A stretch of 63,382 bases of DNA, filler included, from Octopus bimaculoides (taxonomy: Eukaryota): NCBI RefSeq assembly GCF_001194135.2. It is 7 parts of 7 records of this genome, joined end to end, with 100 filler letters (N's around TTAATTAATTAA, not from the genome) between each part and the next. Parts side by side here need not be neighbours in the genome. Positions count along the whole stretch, not along the records: positions 1 to 18,810 come from NC_069001.1; positions 18,911 to 26,980 come from NC_069004.1; 5 more parts are not named here. One strand, written 5' to 3'. The notes beneath the pieces are model-generated. The model saw nothing but the letters and a program-made list of their open reading frames with translations, was not told where the DNA came from and did no database searches. Position 1 is the stretch's first letter. The number at the start of each line of letters is the position of its first letter. Below are positions 12,671 to 24,974 of the stretch, piece by piece. The position numbers were made by a program, and so were the translations under genes.

Positions 12671-13579
12671 AAGATATAAACACGCACTTGCATGCAGATG
12701 TTTGTCTGTTGTGATCATGTGGTACGAAAGGACCTGCATGACCCTAAAAGAAAAGGCAGTGAAGATTTAAGTGCTGGGATAGAGTGGTCAACATAATCAA
12801 CTGTTTGCACCCCCCAAAATCTCTGGCCTTGAGGCAGCAACATTGCAGAATTGTTACAGCTTTGGACAGAATGCCAAGTGACATTTCTCCCAGCTCTTTG
12901 AAGTTCTGAGTTCAAATTCTGTCACAGTCAACATTTGCCTCTCATCCTTACAGAGGCAATAAATAAAATCCTTGCAGACTGGGGTCAAGGTAATTGACTT
13001 ACCCCTTCCCTCAAAACTGCTGCCTGTTGGGCCAAAATTTGAAAGAATTAATATTATTATTGCTAAGCCAATGAATGGACAGAATGCTTGTGATATTCTT
13101 TCTTCTGGCTTCACATTCTTAGTTCAAAAGTCTGCAAGATTGACTTAATTTTTCATCATTTCAAGGTTGACAAAATAGGTACCCATTAAATACTGGAGTC
13201 ACTGTAATCAGCTTCTCCATCCCCTCAAAATTACTGGACTTGTGCCAAAATTAGAAACAATTGTTGTTGTTGTTATTATTATTATTATTTTCAAGCAAGG
13301 TCGATGCCAGTGCCACTGGACTGGCTCCCGTGCAGGTGGCATGTAAAAAACACCTTTTGAGCATGGCCGTTGCCAGTACCACCAGACTGGCCTTCGTGCT
13401 GGTGGCACATAAAAAGCACCCACTACACTCTCGGAGTGGTTGGCATTAGGAAGGGCATCCAGCTGTAGAAACTCCGCCAGATCAGATTGGAGTGTGGTGC
13501 AGCCTTCTGGCTTTCCAGCCCTCAGTCAAATCGTGCAACCCATGCTAGCATGGAAAGCGGACATTAAACGATGATGATG

Positions 13580-13617
<38 letters not shown>

Positions 13618-14949
13618 GGTGGTGAACTGGCAGAATCGTTAGCACGCAGGGCGAAATGCTTAGTGGGATATCTTCTGTCTTCACATTCTGAGTTCAAATG
13701 CTGCCAGGATCAAAATTACCTTNNNNNNNNNNNNNNNNNNNNNNNNNNNNNNNNNNNNNNNNNNNNNNNNNNNNNNNNNNNNNNNNNNNNNNNNNNNNNN
13801 NNNNNNNNNNNNNNNNNNNNNNNNNNNNNNNNNNNNNNNNNNNNNNNNNNNNNNNNNNNNNNNNNNNNNNNNNNNNNNNNNNNNNNNNNNNNNNNNNNNN
13901 NNNNNNNNNNNNNNNNNNNNNNNNNNNNNNNNNNNNNNNNNNNNNNNNNNNNNNNNNNNNNNNNNNNNNNNNNNNNNNNNNNNNNNNNNNNNNNNNNNNN
14001 NNNNNNNNNNNNNNNNNNNNNNNNNNNNNNNNNNNNNNNNNNNNNNNNNNNNNNNNNNNNNNNNNNNNNNNNNNNNNNNNNNNNNNNNNNNNNNNNNNNN
14101 NNNNNNNNNNNNNNNNNNNNNNNNNNNNNNNNNNNNNNNNNNNNNNNNNNNNNNNNNNNNNNNNNNNNNNNNNNNNNNNNNNNNNNNNNNNNNNNNNNNN
14201 NNNNNNNNNNNNNNNNNNNNNNNNNNNNNNNNNNNNNNNNNNNNNNNNNNNNNNNNNNNNNNNNNNNNNNNNNNNNNNNNNNNNNNNNNNNNNNNNNNNN
14301 NNNNNNNNNNNNNNNNNNNNNNNNNNNNNNNNNNNNNNNNNNNNNNNNNNNNNNNNNNNNNNNNNNNNNNNNNNNNNNNNNNNNNNNNNNNNNNNNNNNN
14401 NNNNNNNNNNNNNNNNNNNNNNNNNNNNNNNNNNNNNNNNNNNNNNNNNNNNNNNNNNNNNNNNNNNNNNNNNNNNNNNNNNNNNNNNNNNNNNNNNNNN
14501 NNNNNNNNNNNNNNNNNNNNNNNNNNNNNNNNNNNNNNNNNNNNNNNNNNNNNNNNNNNNNNNNNNNNNNNNNNNNNNNNNNNNNNNNNNNNNNNNNNNN
14601 NNNNNNNNNNNNNNNNNNNNNNNNNNNNNNNNNNNNNNNNNNNNNNNNNNNNNNNNNNNNNNTATATCACACAACAAATGCCATCTCTGGTTATAAGTTT
14701 GTTTCTAATAACACAGCAAACCAAAGATTGGTTCGCTGCATTCCCAATGGCGCGAGTGACGGAGGAAGTGGCAGAGCAGCAATGGAATAGCAACTCGGTC
14801 AGGGTAAACATCATGAGGAGGCATTTTGCTTCTATCTTCTTTTGCTTGACACACCAGTTAATCAGCATTTTCTCACCAATGGAAATACATCATAATAAAC
14901 ACACACACACACATTATATATTTATATGTATGTTTGTATTTATTATAAA

Positions 14950-14981
<32 letters not shown>

Positions 14982-14982
<1 letters not shown>

Positions 14983-15355
14983 GGCTGTGTAAAATACTTG
15001 CTTCCTAACCATATGGTTCCAGTTTCAGTCCTGGATGACAGCTTGGGCAAGTGTCTTCCACTATAGCCTTGGGCCAACCAAAGCCTTGTGAGTGGATTTG
15101 GTAGATGGAAACTGAATGAAGCCCATCGTGTGTGTGTGTGTGTGTGTCTGTTTGTCTCTGTGTTTGTCCCCCATCACCACTTGACAACTTGTGTTGGTGT
15201 GTTTACATCCCCGTAACTTAGCAGTCTGGCAAAAAAAAAAACTGAATGAATAAGTAGCAGGCTTAAGAAATAAGTCCTGGGGCCGATTTGTTTGCTTAAA
15301 ACCCTTCAAGGTGGTGCTCCAGCATGGCCATAGTCAAATGGATTGAAACATGTAA
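14982..15355 (+). mobile_element. SINE family A
   Basis: Same head, body and tail as the other copies. Confidence 0.8.
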
Positions 15356-17014
15356 TAGAACAAAACAAAGTGTGTGTATATATACATATATATATATATA
15401 TATCATCATCATCATCATCGTTTAACNNNNNNNNNNNNNNNNNNNNNNNNNNNNNNNNNNNNNNNNNNNNNNNNNNNNNNNNNNNNNNNNNNNNNNNNNN
15501 NNNNNNNNNNNNNNNNNNNNNNNNNNNNNNNNNNNNNNNNNNNNNNNNNNNNNNNNNNNNNNNNNNNNNNNNNNNNNNNNNNNNNNNNNNNNNNNNNNNN
15601 NNNNNNNNNNNNNNNNNNNNNNNNNNNNNNNNNNNNNNNNNNNNNNNNNNNNNNNNNNNNNNNNNNNNNNNNNNNNNNNNNNNNNNNNNNNNNNNNNNNN
15701 NNNNNNNNNNNNNNNNNNNNNNNNNNNNNNNNNNNNNNNNNNNNNNNNNNNNNNNNNNNNNNNNNNNNNNNNNNNNNNNNNNNNNNNNNNNNNNNNNNNN
15801 NNNNNNNNNNNNNNNNNNNNNNNNNNNNNNNNNNNNNNNNNNNNNNNNNNNNNNNNNNNNNNNNNNNNNNNNNNNNNNNNNNNNNNNNNNNNNNNNNNNN
15901 NNNNNNNNNNNNNNNNNNNNNNNNNNNNNNNNNNNNNNNNNNNNNNNNNNNNNNNNNNNNNNNNNNNNNNNNNNNNNNNNNNNNNNNNNNNNNNNNNNNN
16001 NNNNNNNNNNNNNNNNNNNNNNACACTCTGACGGGTATTCACATTGACATTACACATCCAACGGAGAATACATGTATACATATATATATATATATAAAGA
16101 GAATGTCACTAACATCCTAGTAATGGTATTGTTCGTAAATGCTGGTGTCGTAGTAGCATATTAGAGACCTAGTACTAGCAATGATTAGCATCCTAGTACC
16201 ACTGGTATACTATTGTGTTAATACGAGGGTCAGTTAGGGTACTAGTACCAGCGTCCTAGTGTCCTAGTACCAGTGCTATACTGGAGTTTAACAGGAAAGT
16301 AATGTTGGTAACCACTTCGCAAACATTTAAGTTGATATTTAAATGTCAACTGCAAAAACCAAATTTATAAACAGGAAAAAAAAAAAGAAGAAAAAATAGT
16401 TAAGAAATACAATTAAGAGGTTGGGGTGGGGTGTAATTTGATAAAAATTCACACTGAGATAATAACAAGTGAAGTAAATATAAATATAGAAAAATATCTA
16501 TTTTCTGTGTGCCTATGCAAGGAGATAATATGCACCATTAATCTTTCGATAGTTATGCCTAAGACCACCCCCAGATCTAGGTCTAAGCATATCTAAGACC
16601 ACCTCTGGCTCTAATCATGCAAAACCTAAGAACACCTCCACTTCTATGTCTACAAAAGCTGTCTAAGAACATCTCTTGCTCCAAGCATACTAAACCTGTC
16701 TGTTTTAGTGAAATTAAAACCTTCCCTCGTACATTTTTATGAAAAGACCTTTTGTTTTCAGGTTTATGTTCAAAACAGCAGCTTAATGGACAAGGCTAAG
16801 TTATTTCGCTAAATTTTTTTCCAAATTCTAGATTACTTTTCAAAAATTTATTTACACACAAGCGCAGCATGGCTGTGTGGTAAGAAGCTTGCTTCCCAAC
16901 CACATGATTCCAGGTTCAGTCTCATTGTGTGGCACCTTAGAGAACATTCTTCTTCATTAGCTACCCCCGTTTTAACACTGGCGTTTATCCCTATACATAC
17001 ATATATACATATAC

Positions 17015-17065
<51 letters not shown>

Positions 17066-17465
17066 CATACATACATACATATATACACACACATAGGCAT
17101 CTGTATATATGTGTACGCATATATTATTAATAACATGTCCAACAAAAGGTGTTTTGTTCCATTTGGAATAAGAATATTTCTAGCTGACCTCATTCCTTTA
17201 ATAGAAGATTACTGACACCCAATGAGAACACTTTGAGCCTTTTTTTTATTCTAGCCATGTCCCTATGAACCAGTCACCTCCTGGCTTATTCATTCACAAA
17301 CACACAAACAGCACACACACACACACACACAGACATACCTGTCACCTCACCTCTGTCCCCCACCCCAGCCACCTCCTGTCTACCTAGATTTCACTCTGAA
17401 TTTCTATACTTTTACTCAAAAAATACACAAATGTTTTCGTAAACAAAACAAGTACCTTTATATAC

Positions 17466-17503
<38 letters not shown>

Positions 17504-17874
17504 CTGTATGTGTATGCATGTGTGTGTGATTAATGAAATGCATGAATGCCTCCTTGTGTGTACGTGCTTGTTGTACACATATATAGCTCTTATACACTTC
17601 ACTTCACTTCACTTCATTTCTCTCTCTCTCTCTCTCGCTCATACACACCTTTTCTTCCACCCTTTCTGCCTTCACTCCTTATCGCACACACTTCAACTCT
17701 GTTTACATTGTAGATATCAAAAGAAACAGTTATGAGAACATTTTTATCAACACACAAAAATTTTCCATGAACACCTATCTATCTACCTACCTTCTTTACC
17801 TACCAACCAACCTACCCACCTACCACCCTCTCTACTATATATATATATATATATATACATACATACATATATAT

Positions 17875-17922
<48 letters not shown>

Positions 17923-18290
17923 TACCCTCTCTATGACACACACACACCAGTCTGTTTGTCATACCGGCCATGATGAAATACCACAAGGTATAGAAAATAC
18001 GTATTCGCCTTTATATATTTAATCCTTTATATTGAACACTCAATATTTCATCTATTCAATAAGACATATTCCATATATTCAATAAGACATTCAATACTTT
18101 ATTTCATTGTACCACCCATTTTTATATCATATATTGTATATTCCATATTCTATATCCCACATTAATTTTACAAGAATATAAATAAAACATAAAAAACAGA
18201 CAGAGTTGGAACTCTTTTAAACAAAATAATATATTCCTCTATACACAATCATACAAAACCCCTTTTTTTGTATTTATTTTTACTCACACA

Positions 18291-18322
<32 letters not shown>

Positions 18323-18327
18323 CATAC

Positions 18328-18384
<57 letters not shown>

Positions 18385-18963
18385 CATATACATATACATA
18401 TTTAAATACACACATATATATACACACATACATATACATATATACACATATATACACATATATACATACGCACATATAGTTTTTGTAGGACAATAGAGAG
18501 AATGAATGTCAACTGGGAAAGAGAAGATAATCACAACTATAATGTAATGACATGTTTATCATTTCTCACAGGACTATACTGGCGTGGAAGGAGAGACACA
18601 CAGACAGACAGACAGATAATTAAACACACACATGTATATGTGTGCGTGTGTGTGTGTGTGTGTGTAAATATATATACAGACAGAGAGGCAGAGAAAGAGA
18701 GAGGGAGTGTGTTAATGGGTAAATGCTAGGGGTATGACAAGGAGGGGCTTGAATAACTTCTGTAATTTTCTGCTGATTAAAAACTAAAAATAAATATATA
18801 TATATATATANNNNNNNNNNNNNNNNNNNNNNNNNNNNNNNNNNNNNNNNNNNNTTAATTAATTAANNNNNNNNNNNNNNNNNNNNNNNNNNNNNNNNNN
18901 NNNNNNNNNNAAAAAAAAGGTAGGAGAGTATTGTAGTTCACTTGAAGCATTGTGTATTGTTTG

Positions 18964-19219
18964 TAAAGAATAAAAAGTTTAGAATGGTACAACAATGCAC
19001 TATAGAACAAAAATGGACTATATACCTGTTGTAATTTGGTTATCTATAGTCTGATATTTCGGAATTACAATTCCTTCTCTGACTCCAGCAAAGAAGATCT
19101 GAAGAAGGAATTGTAATTCCGAAATATCATCAGACTATAGATAACCAACTTACAACAGGTATATAGTCCATTTTTGTTCTATAGTGCATTGTTATACCAT
19201 TCTAAACTTTTATTCTTTA
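18964..19219. repeat. Long inverted repeat (~115-bp arms, 24-nt spacer)
   Basis: 18964-19078 is the reverse complement of 19103-19219, with a few substitutions and small indels. Confidence 0.9.
19096..19131 (+). ncRNA. Minimal type I hammerhead ribozyme-like motif
   Basis: GAT-CTGAAGA-A-GGAAT(TGTA)ATTCC-GAAA-TA-T-C-ATC. The core is intact, stem II is a perfect 5 bp, stem III is the minimal palindrome ATAT, the triplet AUC ends at 19128 and stem I is only 3 bp. The opposite arm (19048-19084, -) holds a copy with a damaged core. Confidence 0.5.
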
Positions 19220-19694
19220 TAAAAAAAAAGAATATTCCCAGATTCATAATCTCTGTATTTTTATATGTGGAATAAAAAAAAGAACTAGAATAAAAGTTAA
19301 AAATTAAGGAATTGTGGGTGAGGGGATTAAAATTTTGAAAATGTGATTTTTGGGGCAAAATCGTATTTGATATTGAAAACATATTTTGGAATAAAAATAA
19401 AATTAAAAAATATCGGAAATNNNNNNNNNNNNNNNNNNNNNNNNNNNNNNNNNNNNNNNNNNNNNNNNNNNNNNNNNNNNNNNNNNNNNNNNNNNNNNNN
19501 NNNNNNNNNNNNNNNNNNNNNNNNNNNNNNNNNNNNNNNNNNNNNNNNNNNNNNNNNNNNNNNNNNNNNNNNNNNNNNNNNNNNNNNNNNNNNNNNNNNN
19601 NNNNNNNNNNNNNNNNNNNNNNNNNNNNNNNNNNNNNNNNNNNNNNNNNNNNNNNNNNNNNNNNNNNNNNNNNNNNNNNNNNNNNNNNNNNNNN

Positions 19695-20010
19695 GCTCGT
19701 GAAATTAACGTGCAAGTGGCTGACCACTCCACAGACACGTGTACCCTTAACGTAGTTCTCGGGGATATTCAACGTGACACAGTGTGACAAGGCTGGCTCT
19801 TTGAAATTCAGGCACAACAGAAACAGGAAGAAAGAGAGAGAAAGTTGTGGTGAAAGAGTACAGCAGGGTTCGCCACCATCCCCTGCCTGAGCCTCGTGGA
19901 GCTTTAGGTGTTTTCGCTCAATAAACACTCACAACGCCCGGTCTGGGAATCGAAACCGCGATCCTATGATCGCGAGTCCGCTGCCTTAACCACTGGGCCA
20001 TTGCGCCTCC
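19695..20010 (-). mobile_element. SINE family D (tRNA-derived head)
   Basis: Minus strand 5' end GGAGGCGCAATGGCCCAGTGGTTAAGGCAGCGG...GCGGTTTCGATTCCCAGACCG shows A and B boxes. The copy is truncated by a gap. Confidence 0.75.
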
Positions 20011-20727
20011 AGGCCTTAGGTACATACCCAAGTGAAAAGCAAATGCTGTCGGAAATGCTCAGTTTTGTCCACTTGATATTCTATTTTAATGATCTGAAAA
20101 TACACAAAAATCAATAAAATTAAGAAATCAAAACAATATCTTGTTGAGCAAAAAATTCTTTTTCAAATAACTTAAAATATTTTGTCAATGCATTTTTAAA
20201 TTTGAAAAAATTGTTCATGAATTATTCTTCAACTCTATATATATGTTTATGTATGCATGTATATATATATATATATGTTTTTATATTATTAATAAAATTA
20301 TTAACAATATTCACAAGAAATCAATATTCAAATTTCTGAAAGATATATGTTTAATATGACACAGTAATCATTTTGAATTATAATTAAATTAAAATTAAAG
20401 ATATACAAAATATAAATGTATATAAAAATATATGTGTACTTATAGATATACACACACACACATCATAGTTGCTGTACTGTGAGTCTGAATTAAAGCACTT
20501 GGTTGTGAAGGAGCTTTTTAACCATGCAACCATTTTCCTGTTTGAATTAAGTTGTTGAATTATGTATCCTCACCACTGAGCCAATCTTCTATTCATTCCC
20601 CACCCTTTTCACAATATTTATTAATTTTTGGTTATCTTTCAGATACCCAGAATATACAACCTTTTGAAAAATTCTATCATTTGCTGGTAGTGAGAATATA
20701 TCAGAGCAGACTAAAGAACAGAAAGAA

Positions 20728-21283
20728 ATGGGATCTAAGAAGAAGAAGAATCTCCTGCCATCGCAGAAAAACAAGGAAAATGATGTATGCAAAAGTAGAT
20801 CAAAGAAAAGTGCAATGAGCATGCCTGAGCAAGAGAACTTTTCAACAGGCATCCATAATATTTTGCCTAGTACATCAGGCACTGTACAGGCGTCTAAAAA
20901 ACGCACCAAGAAACTTCCCAATGTGAGCAATTCACAGCTGAAGCCATACGTTGATGACTCGACAGATGATGATGATGATGATGAAGAGATGATGACTCCA
21001 GAACACAAGACACGCCTGAATGACTCTTCTGCGGAGTTGGTGGAAAATATGATTCCTGACAATGTACTCATTTTTTTATTGGCAAAGAAAGTATTAACAA
21101 GCTATGAGGTGGACTTAGTTAAGAGTAAAGGAAGCCGTATGTCTATGAATGAAATGCTCATTTCTTTGGTGAGGTGCAAGTCAGATAAGGCATTTAGTGT
21201 ACTTGTAGAGACCCTGAAGAAAACTGAGCAAAAACATTTGGCCAAGTTACTGACATCTACTGAGAAACGAAAACGGAAACCAG
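20728..21283 (+). CDS. Coding exon 1 of a CARD + TRADD-N-like protein (Lys-rich N-terminus, poly-Asp tract, CARD at about 20995-21252)
   Basis: ATG at 20728, with an upstream in-frame stop at 20665-20667 and a polypyrimidine acceptor ending at 20642. The translation PEHKTRLNDSSAELVENMIPDNVLIFLLAKKVLTSYEVDLVKSKGSRMSMNEMLISLVRCKSDKAFSVLVETLKKTEQKHLAKLL matches the CARD death-fold pattern by eye. Donor CAG|GTAATT follows 21283 (phase 1). Confidence 0.85.
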
Positions 21284-21414
21284 GTAATTTCTTCACACAC
21301 AAATACAGACACGCTCTTTCTTTCATAAACACTCCACAACACTTTCTCTTACAAACATACACTCAGTCTTTCTTACACATGCACACGCACACACTGAGGC
21401 ATACATAGGTGTAC

Positions 21415-22135
21415 TGATAGGCATGGCTGTATGGTTAAGAATCTCACTTTCTACTTACATGGTTTCTGACTCAGTCCTGCTGTATGACACCTTGGTCAAG
21501 TGTCATTTACCATAGTTTGGGCTGACCAAATCCTTGTGAGTGAATTTGGTAGATGGAACCTGAAAGAGGCCACTTTATATGTATGTGTGTGTACTCATGC
21601 TATATATAAGGAAAAGAAAGGATGGAAAATGCATAGTTTCATAATTCCACAATTTTCAAAAATAGTTCATATTGGAAGGACCTGAGGCTATACTTGAGGT
21701 AAATGTGGCAGAGCTCCAGCTCCTTGCATTTCACACTACTATTGAAAATCAGGTAATTGTGAAACCGGTTAAGTAAATGCAAATAAATCTTGTTAAAGAC
21801 ACCAAGTTCATTTTCAATTTTTATCCTCTTTATACCTCCACTTGTAAAAAGAAAACCCTTATGTACACACATACACCCACATGAAAGACACACACACACA
21901 CACACACACACATATAAAGATGTATATCATCTTTTATATTTCCCTTGTTTCAGTCATTGTGGAATGCAGTTATTCTGGGGCACCACCTTAGTTAAAGAAA
22001 CTTAAACCAATACTTATTTTTTCTTCTGTTTAACCACTAAGTTAAGGGGATGTAAACAAACCAACACTAGATTGTCTAGTGGTAGCAAGGGGACAAATGC
22101 AAACACGCATTCATATGAATGGTTTGTTTCAGTGC
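21415..22135. mobile_element. Two partial SINE family A copies in intron 1 of the CARD gene (about 21415-21600 +, about 21935-22135 -)
   Basis: The family A head (GGCATGGCTGTATGGTTAAG) is on +, and the tail (CTTGTTTCAGTCATT...CACCACCTT) is on -. Confidence 0.65.
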
Positions 22136-22277
22136 TTATTGCTGGCGAGTGACCGTGTTGTGTGTGTGTGCTGTTTTTGTCCATTTTTCTGATATTTTGT
22201 GGTGGGAATACTATTAGCAAATATTTTAAAACTAAAAAAAAAAAAAACCAAAAGAGTCTGGTTTTTTTTTCTTGCAG

Positions 22278-22766
22278 GGGAGATAAGCGTGCGTGTTGAC
22301 ATTGAGAACACAACCAGTTCTGACTGTAAAGGAAAAGAAAAGCAAATGAACTTAGATGACGAGATGGATGAGATGTATGACGTAATTAGGTCATGGCTAT
22401 GCAAGATCAAACCGCAAGACAACTCTCGTGAAGCTTATAAGCAGTTTAAAAAACAATTTGACGGCACATACAAGCGTATTAAAAAGTGGCTTAAACTGTG
22501 TAAGTTAAGGAAAAAACTGTGCAGCAAAGGCCGGGTACTTACTGACATCACCAATGGAAGTATTCATCTCTGGTTCCATTGCTCTACAGTGAATGGTTTG
22601 TTAGATCTTTGGGAAATGTACACAAGTGGGAAGCTTCTCCACTTTCTCCAAGAGTCTCTTATCACACAAGACATAAAGCAGAAATTTCACCTGAAGATGG
22701 TGAAGCTAAAAGTGAGAATAATTAACGAAGAATTTCAACAATGTTATCAAGAATTATCTGGGCGAT
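22278..22766 (+). CDS. Coding exon 2: TRADD-N-like domain
   Basis: Acceptor TTTTTTTTTCTTGCAG ends at 22277. The phase-1 junction G|GG restores the frame (RKRKP-G-EISVRVD). The segment GSIHLWFHCSTVNGLLDLWEMYTSGKLLHFLQESLIT...LKVRIINEEFQQCYQEL fits the invertebrate TRADD-N-like motif GS(I/L)xLxxxCxSxxxLxxLWxxYxSGxL...EEFxxC as I recall it. Donor T|GTAAGT follows 22766 (phase 1). Confidence 0.8.
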
Positions 22767-23457
22767 GTAAGTTTGACCATGTTTTCTAATGCTCTGAAAC
22801 TTTTTTTACTTTATCGTGATGGCACCTGTGCCCAGCGTCACCTTTCTGGCACTTGTGCCAGCAGCATGTGTAAGGACCTTCGAGCGAGATCGTTGCCAGT
22901 GCCCCTGGACTGGCTCTTGTACGAGTGGCACATAAAATACACCATCTTGAGCGTGGCCGTTGCCAGTACCGCCTGACTGGCCTTCGTGCGAGTGACACGT
23001 AAAAGCACCCACTACACTCTCTGAGTGGTTGGCGTTAGGAAGGGCATCCAGCTGTAGAAACTCTGCNNNNNNNNNNNNNNNNNNNNNNNNNNNNNNNNNN
23101 NNNNNNNNNNNNNNNNNNNNNNNNNNNNNNNNNNNNNNNNNNNNNNNNNNNNNNNNNNNNNNNNNNNNNNNNNNNNNNNNNNNNNNNNNNNNNNNNNNNN
23201 NNNNNNNNNNNNNNNNNNNNNNNNNNNNNNNNNNNNNNNNNNNNNNNNNNNNNNNNNNNNNNNNNNNNNNNNNNNNNNNNNNNNNNNNNNNNNNNNNNNN
23301 NNNNNNNNNNNNNNNNNNNNNNNNNNNNNNNNNNNNNNNNNNNNNNNNNNNNNNNNNNNNNNNNNNNNNNNNNNNNNNNNNNNNNNNNNNNNNNNNNNNN
23401 NNNNNNNNNNNNNNNNNNNNNNNNNNNNNNNNNNNNNNNNNNNNNNNNNNNNNNNNN

Positions 23458-23497
<40 letters not shown>

Positions 23498-23689
23498 TAT
23501 GTGAGTATATGCATATATCCGTACATGTATGTACATACCTACATCTACCTGTATATATAGATGCAAAACGTAGACAAAATGATAAACAGAGTACAGAAAA
23601 CACACAGGCCACATAGAGAACATTTCCTTCATCAGCTGCCACCATTCTAACACTGGCGTTTCGAAGAGTTAGGGCAGATATATATATAT

Positions 23690-23935
23690 ATATATGGGGT
23701 TATCCTGTAAATAGTGCAGTCTTTTCAGTTGCATGAACTAAAAGTCAGAGGGGGACAGGATAATAAAAGCAGGTAGTAATTTTACCATGTACTTATTCTT
23801 AGTGCAAGTTTTGAAGAGTTCAGTTATTTTTTCAAAGCTATAATGGAAGTGACAAAGGAACATATTTGGCATATTTTGCTTTATGAATTCAATAAAGGCA
23901 ACGATGCAACAAAAAGTGAAAGAGTGAAGACCTTT
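23690..23935 (+). mobile_element. Mariner transposase N-terminal fragment
   Basis: EVTKEHIWHILLYEFNKGNDAT resembles the mariner HTH start. It is preceded by a TA-flanked candidate terminal sequence. Confidence 0.55.
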
Positions 23936-24728
23936 TTTAGCCAGTGTTTCTCCTTTATATATGCCCATATACGAATTCTAAACTTTCGTCAAAGAAATCT
24001 TTCATGAAATACGGTTCTTAGAATTCGGATATGAGCAGTTACAAAATCCCTGATTTTTGGGAAATTACTCGGTGATCGTTAGATGCCACTAAACTCCACG
24101 ACTCTCACAATAGTGATAGTTGGATGTTACTAAACTCCATGACGCTCACTCATTGAGATATTGGCTATTTTTTATGCCATGTCTATGATAAAAATCCAAC
24201 AAGACTTATTTAAATTGTTGTGAACTCTAGTAGTTAGTATGAAGGATTAGCTAGTGTGAATTTTAAGTCGTAATTCTCTACAAGAAAATTACTTTACTTT
24301 CCAATTCTACTATAAATGCTAAAGGTACATAAATAAAATAATCTAGTAATTATTTTCTCTTTCTTCACGTTCTTCAACTTGTTAATGAAATTTATTTCTG
24401 CAATTATAAAACTGTGTATTTTTTATAGCGGTTAAAAGAACACGAGTTTATTTATCTTCAACATACATGCACGCATAAAATATCCGTTAGCGTTTCAGAG
24501 TATATATTTCTCACTATAGCGTTTATGTAGCTGGAGTGAGGATTTATGTATAATGGTAACAATTATAAGTAAGTTATAAGTGACGTGCTTATCAATATGT
24601 ATTCCCACTTCAAAAGTAAAATATATTTCTTATCTCTTTCCAAATAGAAAACATATAAAAGTAGTCTTACACAAATAATAACCAAATGCAACTATAAAAA
24701 GTATAATGTGTTGTTTGTTTTGTTCCAG

Positions 24729-24775
24729 CATTTGAAGGAAACGAGGGTGTCACTGAGGAACAAAAGGCCATACAG
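24729..24775 (+). CDS. Probable coding exon 3 (47 nt; S-FEGNEGVTEEQKAIQ)
   Basis: Acceptor TTTGTTTTGTTCCAG, donor CAG|GTGAGC. It is phase-1 compatible with exon 2, open in that frame and ends in phase 0. It is a GC-richer island in AT-rich flanks. Confidence 0.55.
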
Positions 24776-24974
24776 GTGAGCGAGTGGATTTTGGTTTTTG
24801 AAACATTCCATATTTTATACTGAGATAGTAAACATTACATGTGTGTGTGTGCGTGCGTGCATGTATACTTACATACATAAAAGTGTGACTTTTGTAGATA
24901 CACGTATGCACACACACACACACTCACTCATATATGTATGTATATATGTACACACACACATATATTTATACATT

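Noticed and set aside
18570-18578. 9-nt microexon candidate on the minus strand (CAG|TATAGTCCT|GTGAGA)
   Set aside because: The polypyrimidine tract is a microsatellite and no host gene was identified.
18855-18866. TTAATTAATTAA recurring inside N gaps (also 27025-27036, 43359-43370, 53698-53709, 58775-58786, 62260-62271)
   Set aside because: It is an identical six-frame-stop 12-mer centred in same-sized N blocks, so it is a scaffolding linker rather than biology.
23620-23675. GAAAC...CTGATGAAGG motif on the minus strand (similar at about 58545-58595 and 63175-63200)
   Set aside because: It has hammerhead-like words, but I could not close stems I and II in any type I, II or III topology. It is probably a Penelope-type end, but not supportable as a ribozyme.
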